Shown here piece by piece: positions 18,683 through 28,400 of a DNA stretch of 64,000 nt. Under the pieces are notes generated by a model. The model saw only the letters and a program-made list of their open reading frames with translations, was not told the origin of the DNA and searched no databases. Numbering within the stretch: the stretch's first letter is position 1; every line of letters begins with the position of its first letter. Made by a program: the position numbers and the translations under genes. This stretch comes from Candidatus Adlerbacteria bacterium (GTDB lineage Bacteria > Patescibacteriota > Minisyncoccia > Phycocordibacterales > SBAW01), in NCBI GenBank assembly GCA_963749085.1, contig CAVVLG010000002.1, positions 293,033 through 357,032 on the forward strand, given 5' to 3'.

Positions 18683-20887
18683 CTACTTCGCCACCGCCAG
18701 TGCCTCTTCAAACTGTACCGTTAGGAGCTTGGAGACGCCGTCGCTGCCCATGGTGACGCCGTAGAGAATGCCGGCGTGGCTCATAGTCTCGCGGTTATGG
18801 GTTATTAAAATGAGCTGGGATTTGCGCGAGAGGTTCTCTACCATGTCGCCATAGCGGCGCGAGTTTGCCTCATCGAGTGCCGCGTCGGTCTCGTCCAAAA
18901 TAAGGAAGGGAGGCGGATTGACCTGCGACATCGCGAAGATGAGCGCAATGGAGGTGAGTGCCCGCTCCCCTCCTGAGAGCATGTGGAGCCCCTTGATCCG
19001 CTTGTGCGGCAAAGACACGGTGATGTCTATCCCCTCTTCAACTTCGATATCCTCCGGTTCTTCCCCTTCTTCATCCAAAATCTCGAAGCTGGCGCGGCGC
19101 AGTTTTTTCTCTTTCACCAAGGAAAGCGAGACGGTGCCGCCGCCGAACATAAGTCTAAAAAATTCCTCAAATGCTTCATTTATTTTCTTAATACCGTTTG
19201 CAAATCGAGTCTCTAAGGTCGCGGTGAGATCTTCCACCAGTTCACGTAATTTTTTCGCCGAGCTATCAAGATCGATAAGTTCCCGGCTCAGGAATTGATC
19301 GCGCTCGCTCGTCTCGGCGTATTCCTTCAACACCTCGTCTTGATTGCCCCCACCGCTCTCCTCGAGCCTAATTTTCATCCGCTCAAGTTTGCGCCGTCGC
19401 TCATCCTGAAACCCCCGCGCTTCGCCTGAAGCGGATGCTAACAATGGATACTCCTCGTAAGCGAGCGCCTGCTCGCCGGTGAGCGCCACTGCCTCAGCAA
19501 CTTCACGATTGAAATTCTCCTTCTCACGGACGAGTATCTCCTCCTGAGCCCGGAGTGACGCGAGCGCGATTTCAAGCTCCCCACGTCTCGCCATGGCCTG
19601 AAAGAGCTCCCGCTCGGCCTCCCTTGAGGCGTCCTTTTCGCTTTCTATCTTTTTGCGCAACGCTTCGACTGCTTTCCCCACCCGGGCTTCCTCCGCGCTG
19701 AGTTCATGCAATTCTCCTTCAAGCTTTGTTTTTTTAAGCGCCAGGTTTTCCTTCTCTTTAAGCTCCCCCGAGTGCTGACTTAGCATCCGGCGCATAAACT
19801 CTTGTGTCAATACCACGAGTGCGTTGAGCTTCGCTTTGAGCGGCTGACCGTCAAGGAGTAGCGCCGCGTGAAGTTCCTCCTCGACCCGCTCGGCGAAGGT
19901 ACGGGCATGCGAAGCTGGTACTGTCTCCTCCGCATGGGAAATTTTCTCGTGTGCGGCAAGTTCCCCCTCGATGCGGCCGAGTTCGCGCGACGCGACATCC
20001 CGGTGTTCGCGACATCCTCTTCCCCGCGCTTCAAGCTGCATGAGCTCTTGAGTGCCGCGATCTTTGCCATGGGTACGCTCAAGTTCCTCGCGCAAATGTG
20101 CGATGGAAGCTTCGAGGCGTTTATGCTCGCGCTTCGGTTCCTCGCCTTGCGAGCGCAGGGTCTCCCCCGTGCGAGCAATGTACACACTCTCGTATTTGAG
20201 ATACTCACGATACTTAGTAGCAAGCTCGTCGCGCAATTTGTGTGATTCCTCTATTTTCTTCACCTGCGTATGAAGGAACTTCAGATGCGGTGCGAGTTCG
20301 CGGCGAAGACTCTCCACTTTGGCGGTGTTCTCCGCGGTCTTCTCCAATTTCCGCTCGGCCTCTTCCCGCTTATACAAAAAGGCAGTGAGACCCAGCGCAT
20401 CCTCTATCATTTCTCGGCGTTCTTTGATCGAAGCTGTGAGTACCCGATCGGCTTCGCCTTGGGAAATGATGTGATGCCCCGAAGCGCCGATATTAGCTTG
20501 GGCCAAGAGCTCCGCGATGTCGCGCAGACGCACGGAGGAGCCATTGAGAAGATAGTCATTGATGCCGTCGCGGTGGACCACCCGCTCGAGCGCCACTTCG
20601 TCAAAATCAAGATTGAGGGCGCGGTCGGTATTATCGAAGATAAGCTTCACAGAGGCGCGGCCGGCCCGCGGCACTGAGGAAGAACCGTTCCATATGAGGT
20701 CCTCGCCGCGCTTGCCACGCATCGATTTCATCGACTGCTCGCCCAGCACAAAGCGGAACGACTCGGCAATATTGCTCTTCCCGGAGCCATTGGGGCCCAC
20801 AACTGAAGTAATGGCCGAGTTAAACGTAAGACTTGTTTTTTTGGCAAACGATTTGAAGCCTGACAGCTCTATACTTTTTAGCCGCAT
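18683..20887 (-). CDS. smc: SMC-family ATPase, short (734 aa), no recognisable hinge domain
   Basis: A canonical SMC N-head (FKSFA...GPNGSGKSNI...FVLG) and C-head (LSGGERALTSIALIFA...LILDETDAALDEAN...LILITHNRETM...LYGVTM). The ~400 aa in between are uninterrupted coiled-coil-like sequence. Confidence 0.7.
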   Translation of the reverse strand: MRLKSIELSGFKSFAKKTSLTFNSAITSVVGPNGSGKSNIAESFRFVLGEQSMKSMRGKRGEDLIWNGSSSVPRAGRASVKLIFDNTDRALNLDFDEVALERVVHRDGINDYLLNGSSVRLRDIAELLAQANIGASGHHIISQGEADRVLTASIKERREMIEDALGLTAFLYKREEAERKLEKTAENTAKVESLRRELAPHLKFLHTQVKKIEESHKLRDELATKYREYLKYESVYIARTGETLRSQGEEPKREHKRLEASIAHLREELERTHGKDRGTQELMQLEARGRGCREHRDVASRELGRIEGELAAHEKISHAEETVPASHARTFAERVEEELHAALLLDGQPLKAKLNALVVLTQEFMRRMLSQHSGELKEKENLALKKTKLEGELHELSAEEARVGKAVEALRKKIESEKDASREAERELFQAMARRGELEIALASLRAQEEILVREKENFNREVAEAVALTGEQALAYEEYPLLASASGEARGFQDERRRKLERMKIRLEESGGGNQDEVLKEYAETSERDQFLSRELIDLDSSAKKLRELVEDLTATLETRFANGIKKINEAFEEFFRLMFGGGTVSLSLVKEKKLRRASFEILDEEGEEPEDIEVEEGIDITVSLPHKRIKGLHMLSGGERALTSIALIFAMSQVNPPPFLILDETDAALDEANSRRYGDMVENLSRKSQLILITHNRETMSHAGILYGVTMGSDGVSKLLTVQFEEALAVAK

Positions 20888-20905
20888 CGACTGTATTGTA
20901 GCAAA
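20888..20905 (-). promoter_or_regulatory. candidate extended -10 (TGCTACAAT) immediately upstream of the SMC-like start codon
   Basis: The reverse complement reads ATTTGCTACAATACAG followed directly by ATG. This implies a leaderless or very short leader. It abuts the IS200 end. Confidence 0.25.
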
Positions 20906-21480
20906 TAAACCACTCCGGACTGAAAGTCCGGAGTATTCTTTTGTGGTCGTTGGGGTCTGCTGGTTCGGATGGAATCCGAACCTCTCTACTGGTCCAGCAT
21001 GATGAACGTACGGTCTTCGTCTTGTTCCCGCTTGCCCTGTTCGGCGATGTAGTCCCTGACGGTCTTCTCCGTGACACTGCCGGAGGTTGAAACGAAGTAG
21101 CCTATCTGCCAGAAGTGCTGTCCCCAGAATGTTTTTCTGAGCTGGGGGAACTCCAACTGCAGTTTGCGGGAGCTTTCCCCTTTGAGATGTTGGACGATGC
21201 GTGACACGGCTATGTACGGTGGTATTTCGAGCATGAGATGCACATGGTCGGCTCCGATGGCTCCTTTGAGTATGGTGACCTTCTCCCCGCTGAGGATCTG
21301 GCGGATGATCTCGCGCAGTCGGTATCCAATATCGCCTTGCAGTACCTTCTTGCGGTACTTGGTGATCCAGACGATGTGGTAGAGGCAGGAGTAGGTGGTG
21401 TGCGAGGTATGGCGATATTGGCCGCCCATATGCATCTCATCATACTAAAGTCTCGGACTAAAGTCCGGAGTTTTCCTCTC
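20905..21480 (-). mobile_element. IS200/IS605-family insertion sequence (tnpA only)
   Basis: A Y1 HUH transposase flanked by same-strand subterminal hairpins: ACTCCGGACTGAAAGTCCGGAGT (20912-20934), GGTTCGGATGGAATCCGAACC (20962-20982) and CTCGGACTAAAGTCCGGAG (21452-21470). Confidence 0.7.
20986..21435 (-). CDS. tnpA: IS200/IS605 family transposase TnpA (Y1 HUH)
   Basis: HUH motif HVHLMLEIPP and catalytic Tyr in QIGYFVSTSG. ~150 aa is the typical size. Confidence 0.85.
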   Translation of the reverse strand: MHMGGQYRHTSHTTYSCLYHIVWITKYRKKVLQGDIGYRLREIIRQILSGEKVTILKGAIGADHVHLMLEIPPYIAVSRIVQHLKGESSRKLQLEFPQLRKTFWGQHFWQIGYFVSTSGSVTEKTVRDYIAEQGKREQDEDRTFIMLDQ

Positions 21481-21524
21481 TAAGAAGAAAAAACACGGCA
21501 TCGCGAAGTGATGCCGTGTCAGGC

Positions 21525-21893
21525 TTATCCGGCGGGATCCAACCCGCCGCCGCAGCCACGCGGGTCAAAGATGACAATGTCACCAAGTTTTATTTTGGTG
21601 CCATCGAAGACCGTCAAATGATAATACTCGAAGTGACCTTCTCTACCCACATAACGGATGGTGATCTCCGTCTTAAGGGGCAGAAAAGGGCCTGCCCCAC
21701 TTTGTGAAGTGTCGTACATCTGAATATCCGCTGCCTCGATCTGTCCTTTAATCGGCATAGGAGCGGTAGGTTGTGCGCACAACGCTGCAACCACTAGCAG
21801 AAATTTTGACATGGGAGAACTCCCTGTGCTTGCCATGTTTATTGTACAAAAAGGAGCAGCCTTTACCAGTCGTTTTTTTTGTAAGCCTACCAA
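21525..21893 (-). CDS. hypothetical secreted protein
   Basis: Signal peptide MSKFLLVVAALCAQPTAP. The mature part is ~90 aa with a C-terminal CGGG. Confidence 0.3.
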   Translation of the reverse strand: MVGLQKKRLVKAAPFCTINMASTGSSPMSKFLLVVAALCAQPTAPMPIKGQIEAADIQMYDTSQSGAGPFLPLKTEITIRYVGREGHFEYYHLTVFDGTKIKLGDIVIFDPRGCGGGLDPAG

Positions 21894-21937
21894 AAAGAAA
21901 AAGGTCGTAGCGCCTCCAATGTGCTACAACCTTTTGT

Positions 21938-22477
21938 TCAGGCTTTGCCCGAAGTCTCAAACAATGCTGAATCCATTGCCTCACGGGCGGATTTGCCCGC
22001 CCAGATTACGAATTGAAAGGCCGGATAGCAGTGCTCGCAGGTATCGAGCGCGGTGCTGAGTATCGTCTCGCATTGTCGATCTGTCGGGATAACACCGCCC
22101 GCCAAGACAAGGGCGTGACGGAACATCACTGCACCATCTTGTGTCCAGACATCGAAATGTCCGATCCATAATTGCTCGTTGATGAGCGGGATGAGCTGTC
22201 GCGTCTCCGAAAGTCGCGTCTCCGGCACTTTCATCTCAAACGCGCACGCAAAGTGCAGCGCCTCGATATCACTCATCCACGTCACTGACACTTGATAATT
22301 GAGCAGCCGACCGGTGACGAGAAAGCCAACCTCGTCCTCGCTCGTACGCTCATATGGCCAGTCGTTGTGGACCGCCATGCGCTCGACAACGTCCAGGGGG
22401 TGTTTCTGCTTCCCGGAACCAAACTCGATCGAACTCATTGAGCCGCTCCCTCTCTGTGACCACTGGGGTCGGTTCAA
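21938..22477 (-). CDS. YbjN-like (putative sensory-transduction/T3SS-chaperone-like fold) protein
   Basis: Weak family-level resemblance only, over about 170 aa. Confidence 0.25.
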   Translation of the reverse strand: MNRPQWSQRGSGSMSSIEFGSGKQKHPLDVVERMAVHNDWPYERTSEDEVGFLVTGRLLNYQVSVTWMSDIEALHFACAFEMKVPETRLSETRQLIPLINEQLWIGHFDVWTQDGAVMFRHALVLAGGVIPTDRQCETILSTALDTCEHCYPAFQFVIWAGKSAREAMDSALFETSGKA

Positions 22478-22504
22478 GTTTCTTATTCCGTGAAGACTAT
22501 ACCG

Positions 22505-23194
22505 CTACCACCCCTTTTGCTCAAGTGCGGCTCGTGCAGCCTCCTGCTCGGCTTCCTGTTTTGCCTTGCCTTCGCCCTGCCCCGCTAAGAAGTCTTTAAT
22601 ATAGACGCCGACGACAAATTGCTTATCGTGGTCGGGACCGCTCTCTTTAATGACGGAATAATAAGGGGTCACGCCTTCGATCTCCTGTACTCTCTCCTGG
22701 AGTGCCGATTTCGCATCCTGCCAGAGGCGCTTTTTGACTATCTCGTCGATTTTTGGAAACAGGTGTGTGGAGATAAACTGCCGAGCGACGTCATATCCTT
22801 GATCAAGATAGATGGCGCCGACCAGCGCTTCAAAGGCATTGGCCAAGAGCACGCCGCGCGCTCGACCGGTATCCTTGGCTTCACCACGGCTCAGCAGCAG
22901 ATAATCGTTCATCCCGAGCTCGGTTGCGACCTCTTCGCACGTGATGGCATTCACCAGCGCCGCGCGGTAGGCAGTCAAATCCCCTTCCGATTTGTTGGGA
23001 AATTTTTCATACAGAAAATGAGTTGCAATAAGTTCCAGAACCGCATCGCCCAAAAACTCCAGTCGTTCATTGTGGCCCTGTAATTCGCCACGGTGTTCGT
23101 TGAGATAGGAGCGGTGGGTGAACGCTTGGCGAAGGAGATTGGTATTGTTGAATGAAATGCCGAGTTCTTCTTCAAATGTTTTGAAATCTTTCAT
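22505..23194 (-). CDS. rnc: ribonuclease III
   Basis: The RNase III signature ERLEFLGDAVLEL and a C-terminal dsRBD. Confidence 0.9.
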   Translation of the reverse strand: MKDFKTFEEELGISFNNTNLLRQAFTHRSYLNEHRGELQGHNERLEFLGDAVLELIATHFLYEKFPNKSEGDLTAYRAALVNAITCEEVATELGMNDYLLLSRGEAKDTGRARGVLLANAFEALVGAIYLDQGYDVARQFISTHLFPKIDEIVKKRLWQDAKSALQERVQEIEGVTPYYSVIKESGPDHDKQFVVGVYIKDFLAGQGEGKAKQEAEQEAARAALEQKGW

Positions 23195-23197
23195 GTG

Positions 23198-24142
23198 TTA
23201 TTTCTGCTTCGTTAATTTCTGCATAGCCCGGGTGACTATGGGAAGTACATCTTCGTAAAAATTAAGATCCAAGGCATCTTGCATGCGGAACCATCGCGCA
23301 TCGTCGAGGCCACCGGTTTGCTTGAGCTTAATGTCGGTGTATGGCGACTCGGCCAAAAAATAGGACACCTGTTTGCGCTTCTTACCGACGACGGGGTCGG
23401 AGGCGATGTATTCATTCTCGCCTATGCTTTCCTTCAGCGTGATGTCGAGATTCATTTCTTCCTTTATTTCGCGAACCGTTCCCTCTTCGACCGTCTCTTT
23501 GGCAAACTCTTTTTTGTCCCCTATTTTCCCCTTCGAGAGCGTCCAGTGTCCGAAAATGTCATGTACGAAGGCGAGATATACTTCGCCGCCGACTTTTGCA
23601 TACACCACGGCACCGCCGAGCTTCTCCACGGGCATTTGCTCGTACGGAACATCTTTTTTCTTTTTTGAAACTTCGTCCTTACCGGGTTCACCGAGCTCCT
23701 TGTAGACGGCACCCAAGACGCCGTTGACAAAGCGGCCGCTGTTCTCGCCTCCGAAACTTTTCGCGAGCTCTATGGCCTCGTTAATAGCGACTTTAGCCGG
23801 CACCTTGTCGCGGTCGGCAAACAGCAACTCATAGAGCCCGAGCCGCAGCACGTTGCGATCAACCGGAGCAATCCGTGAGAGCGGCCATTCGGGCGCCGCT
23901 TTTTCTATCACCAAATCTAAATCGCTTTTGCGCGAGAGAACTCCTTTGCAGAGTTCCTGCATGAACGGCAGATCGCCCGCCGAGGGCGCAAATTCCCCCG
24001 CGTTGCGCTCAAGTGCATCCATCGCCACACCAGTGCTGGTATTGCGAAAGTCCCACTCGAAGAGCGTCTGCAAGACGACTGATCGTGAAAGGTGCCTGTT
24101 TGCCATTTTCAAAGAAAGAACTGCTGCCCCGAACTGTACCAA
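23198..24142 (-). CDS. nusB: NusB antitermination factor fused to a C-terminal NUDIX hydrolase domain
   Basis: NusB sits at the N terminus (RSVVLQTLFEWDF, LRLGLYELLFADRDKVPAKVAINEAIELAKSFGGENSGRFVNGVL). NUDIX sits at the C terminus (VVYAKVGGEVYLAFV...GHWTLSKGKIGDKKEFAKETVEEGTVREIKEEMNL with an E-x7-REIxEE box). Confidence 0.7.
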   Translation of the reverse strand: MVQFGAAVLSLKMANRHLSRSVVLQTLFEWDFRNTSTGVAMDALERNAGEFAPSAGDLPFMQELCKGVLSRKSDLDLVIEKAAPEWPLSRIAPVDRNVLRLGLYELLFADRDKVPAKVAINEAIELAKSFGGENSGRFVNGVLGAVYKELGEPGKDEVSKKKKDVPYEQMPVEKLGGAVVYAKVGGEVYLAFVHDIFGHWTLSKGKIGDKKEFAKETVEEGTVREIKEEMNLDITLKESIGENEYIASDPVVGKKRKQVSYFLAESPYTDIKLKQTGGLDDARWFRMQDALDLNFYEDVLPIVTRAMQKLTKQK

Positions 24143-24157
24143 AAAGAACTCTTTATT

Positions 24158-24397
24158 CTAAGCCTTACCGGCTTTCGCGGCGCGCTTCTCGCGTCTCTGC
24201 GCCCGAGCGGCTGCCTTGCTTGCCAAGTCAACCGCTACCCGCCCATTATACCTCCCGCACACAGGGCACGCACGGTGGGATACGCGCATAGTGCCGCATT
24301 CGCATTTCATGAGCGACTGGGCCTTTAGCGCGTGATGAGAACGGCGGCTAGCCGTCTGCGAGCGGTTATGTCTCATCCTGACAACCATGTCAGACAC
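24158..24397 (-). CDS. rpmF: 50S ribosomal protein L32
   Basis: RHNRSQTASRRSHHALK and the zinc ribbon CECGTMRVSHRACPVCGRYNGR. Confidence 0.8.
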   Translation of the reverse strand: MSDMVVRMRHNRSQTASRRSHHALKAQSLMKCECGTMRVSHRACPVCGRYNGRVAVDLASKAAARAQRREKRAAKAGKA

Positions 24398-24433
24398 TGT
24401 AGCAAATAAGGGTTACAAAGACAAACCCCCGCC
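24398..24433 (-). promoter_or_regulatory. candidate promoter of rpmF (TTGTCT-N17-TGCTACAGT) with a very short leader
   Basis: The reverse complement reads TTGTCTTTGTAACCCTTATTTGCTACAGTGTCTGAC followed by ATG. Just upstream is the GC hairpin AACCCCCGCC...GGCGGGGGTT (24421-24452). Confidence 0.3.
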
Positions 24434-24765
24434 GTGTATGAGCAGGCGGGGGTTACGTTGACCGAGAGCTTAAGCTACCCGGGTTATTTCTTTGGGAGAG
24501 AAATCTTTGCATGATTCCGGGGTGCTTGGGACTTTTCGAGCTGTTCCCATGCACATAACCTCTCGTGGAGTTTTCCCCCTTGACGGAAAGATGAGATCCT
24601 CTCCGCCGTTCTCACAAACGCAACAGGGACACGTTGCATGTCCGACTTGGTTGGCCGTAGAACTGTTGCAACCCATTCTTTTCTCCCTAGTATAGTGTGA
24701 ACAGTGTGAACTTTGAATGCACTCGACAGAACGAAAACTAACTGTTCATTCTACTCCCTTTCCAC

Positions 24766-25371
24766 TCATTGGTCAATCCGGCTTGTACTCCAACTTTTTC
24801 GGTGGATATCACATAATCCATACTTCTCTATCGCTGCATAATGGGCACGGGTCGGATAGCCTTTGTGATGTTCAAAGCCGTACAGAGGATATTTCTCAGC
24901 GGCGAGGAGCATAAGCCTATCTCGTTCGACTTTAGCCGCGATGGAAGCCAGCGAGATGACCGGCACTAACTCGTCGCCTTTGATTATCGTCTGCTGTTGA
25001 AATTGCGGCGGGGCGTGGAGGAGGCCATCGAGCAGAATTTCTATGGTAGGGGTTTCGTCCTCGATTAATGAAACCAGTTTTCGTACACCTCTATATATGG
25101 AGCGATGAACCGCCTTGGTGATACCAACTTTGTCTATCATTGCCGCAGAAGAAAATTCAACCGTGTAGCGCACGACGCCGTTGTCTTGAAAGACATTTAG
25201 CTGCTCATAGAGAGATTCGCGCAGTTGCGGAGTAACTTTTTTGGAGTCGTTTACTCCCTTAAAATATCTGCGTATCGGCAGTCCCTGCCGAATCATCACC
25301 ACACCCACGGCCACGGGACCCGCCAAGGGCGCACGTCCCGCTTCGTCAACGCCGATAATAACCCTCCTCAT
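24766..25371 (-). CDS. rnhB: ribonuclease HII
   Basis: IIGVDEAGRAPLAGPVAVG and the DSKK motif. Confidence 0.9.
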   Translation of the reverse strand: MRRVIIGVDEAGRAPLAGPVAVGVVMIRQGLPIRRYFKGVNDSKKVTPQLRESLYEQLNVFQDNGVVRYTVEFSSAAMIDKVGITKAVHRSIYRGVRKLVSLIEDETPTIEILLDGLLHAPPQFQQQTIIKGDELVPVISLASIAAKVERDRLMLLAAEKYPLYGFEHHKGYPTRAHYAAIEKYGLCDIHRKSWSTSRIDQ

Positions 25372-25430
25372 CTACGCCATTATATCAAGGTTGGCTCAAG
25401 CTCCTTCTGCGGGAGTATACTGCTCAGTGT

Positions 25431-28400
25431 ATGGCCGCGAAGTTTACTCACCTCCACGTTCACTCGCACTATTCGCTGCTGAAGGCGCTTCCCAAAATAC
25501 CCGATTTGGTGAAGAAGGCGCAGGAAGTTGGTTTAGACACGCTGGCGCTGACCGACATCGACAATCTCTACGGCGCCATCGAGTTTTATAAAGAATGTAA
25601 AGCCGCAGGGATAAAACCCATTATTGGTGTCGATGCGAGTATTGAGGGCGGCCGACTGCTACTCTTGGCCGAAAATGAAATGGGATACAAGAATCTGCTC
25701 GCGCTCGTAACGGAATCCCATTTAGCAGAGAAGCCCAATATAATCATGACACGCGAAATGCTCAATGCGCATGTCGCGGGGCTTATTGCCGTCGTTCCTA
25801 ACAACTATCGTGGAAAAATGGACGAGTACGCAAAGCTATTCGGCAAAGGACATTTCTATACTAACGCGGCGCTGCGAGAAATTTTCTATCTTAAACCTGA
25901 CGATAGGCGCGCCTGGGAGACGCTGCGCGCGATAGAAAACCGCGGAATCCAGGATAGCAACAACCTCGATTCGGAAGAGGAAGTATATTTCTTTCCTGCC
26001 GAGGCCCAGATGGAAGAATACTTCACTAGCAATCCCGAGGCACTTCAAGAGACCCTTGAGATAGCTTCGAGGTGTAATCTCGAAATACCTCTGGGCACCT
26101 GGGTATTTCCCGATCTTGCACTTCCCAAAGGAGTGACACCAAATGAAGAGCTGCGCCGACTGATAGAAGAAGGGCTCACGCGAAAAAAAATGAGCGGAGA
26201 GGCCGTGCGAGAGCGCATCGAGTATGAATTCGGCATTATCACATCCAAGGGCTATGCGCCATATTTTTTGGTGGTCGCCGATTTGCTGCGTTTCGCGCGC
26301 AAACATGGGATACTAACCACCATCCGCGGCTCGGTCGCCGGCTCCCTCATCACGTATTGTTTGGATGTCACTAACGTCAATCCGCTTGAGTACAACATTC
26401 CGTTTGAGCGGTTCCTCAACCCCGAACGCCCCAGCGCCCCGGACATCGACATGGACTTCGCCGATAATCGGCGCGATGAAGTCATCGAATACACTCGTAA
26501 AAAATATGGCGAGGATAAGGTGGCGCAAATAGGAACCTTCGGCACCATGCTCGCGCGAGGCGTCGTGCGCGACGTCGCGCGGGCGCTCGGCTACGCCTAC
26601 GGCATCGGCGACCGCATTGCGAGAGAAATTCCCTTCGGCTCGCAAGGCTTTCCAATGACCCTTGAGCGGGCGCTCGCGGAGAATCCAGAGCTCGCGAAGA
26701 TATACAAGGGGGAGGAGGACGTGCGGGAGATAATAGATCTCGGCAGGAAAATAGAAGGCTGCGCGCGGCATATTTCGGTCCATGCCGCAGGTGTCGTTAT
26801 AGCGCCAAGGCCTCTGGTTGAGTTCGCCCCCATACAAAAAGACCCCAAGGGCGGTAAGCTCATTACGCAATATGACATGTACTCGATAGAAGAAGCGGGA
26901 CTACTCAAATTCGATTTTCTCGGCATCCGCAATCTCGCCATTCTTGCCCACTCGGTTGAATTGGTAGAGGCGACGCGCGGCAAGAACCTAGATATAGAGA
27001 ACGTACCCCTGAACGACAGAAAAACGTTCGAGATGCTTGCGCGCGGTGAGACCGAAGGCACCTTCCAACTAAACGGTGCCGGCATGACACGGTTCCTTAA
27101 AGAACTGCGGCCAACCACCATATATGATATTAACGCCATGGTGGCGCTCTTCCGCCCTGGTCCCATGGAATCCATTCCGGCCTACATTGAGCGCAAACAC
27201 AACCCCGCGTTGGTATCGTACCTTGACCCACGCATGAAAGAATATTTAGGCGCCTCCTACGGGCTTCTGGTGTATCAGGACGATGTGCTTCTCACTGCAA
27301 TAAAAATCGCCGGGTACTCGTGGCTCGAAGCTGACAAACTACGTAAAGCCATGGGCAAGAAAATCCCGATAGAGATGGAGGCCCAAAAAGAGAAGTTCAC
27401 CGCCGGCGCCGCAGCAAACGGCATGAGCGAGAAAGAAGCACAAACCCTCTGGAAGCTCATTGAGCCTTTCGCCGCCTACGGCTTCGGCAAGGCGCACGCA
27501 GCAAGTTACGGTAAAGTGGCGTACCAAACCGCGTACATGAAAGCAAACTTCCCCGTGGAATATATGGCCGCCGTGCTCACCGCCGAGGCGGGTGATATTG
27601 ATACCGTCTCCGTTATGGTTGCAGAGTGCAAGCGTATGGGCATCTCCGTACTGCCACCTGACGTAAACGAAAGCTTCGGCGATTTCACCGTCGTCTTGGG
27701 AGCAAGTAAAGAACGGACGGCAAAGGCCGCAGCGCTGGCGCAAAGTGCTGACCAGGACGCTATCCGTTTCGGTCTCTATTCTATAAAAAACTTCGGTCGC
27801 GGTATTGCTGACGCGATACTTTCCGAACGCAAGCTGAACGGAAGATATGTCACGCTTGCGGACTTTCTCTCCCGCGTGAAGGACCAGAATCTCAACAAAA
27901 AGGCGCTCGAGAGCCTCATTGAGTGTGGCGCGCTTGATCAGCTCGGCGAGCGCGGAACAATGCTTTTCTCTATCGAAATACTTTTGGAGTTCCATCGCGA
28001 CGCGGTCAAGGAGCAATCGCATGAATCACTTTTTGCAGGTCTGAACTCCAGTGCAAGCGAGCTGAAATTGCCGCCAGTCGCTCCGGCGACGCTCAGTGAG
28101 CGTCTGGCATGGGAGAAGGAATTGCTCGGTCTCTACGTTTCGGGTCATCCGCTTGACCGCTTTAGAGAAAAGCTTGCTAAGCGGCCAATGACACTCAGTG
28201 AGTTGAAACTGAGAGTTCCGCCCGGCATGACCGCAATTGCCGCCGGTATGATAGAGGACATCCGCACTATACTTACTAAAAGTGGCGACCAGATGGCGTT
28301 TATAAAGCTGGCCGATTTCGATGGCTCAATTGAGGCGGTTGTATTTCCGAAGAGTTTTGCTGAGTATAAAAATATTTTGAAACCCGAGAGTTGTGTCGCG

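Noticed and set aside
20912-21470. GGACTGAAAGTCCGG resembling the RNase P RNA P4-region GGAAAGUCCGG
   Set aside because: This is the IS200/IS605 subterminal hairpin. It occurs at both element ends, and no other RNase P conserved blocks are nearby.
24470-24676. A 68-aa minus ORF (CPCCVCENGG) between rnhB and rpmF
   Set aside because: There is no SD, the composition is odd, and it overlaps the promoter and hairpin region. It is possibly real but unsupported.
26252-27175. Several 100-190-aa minus-strand ORFs inside dnaE
   Set aside because: They are antisense to a conserved essential gene and are low complexity.
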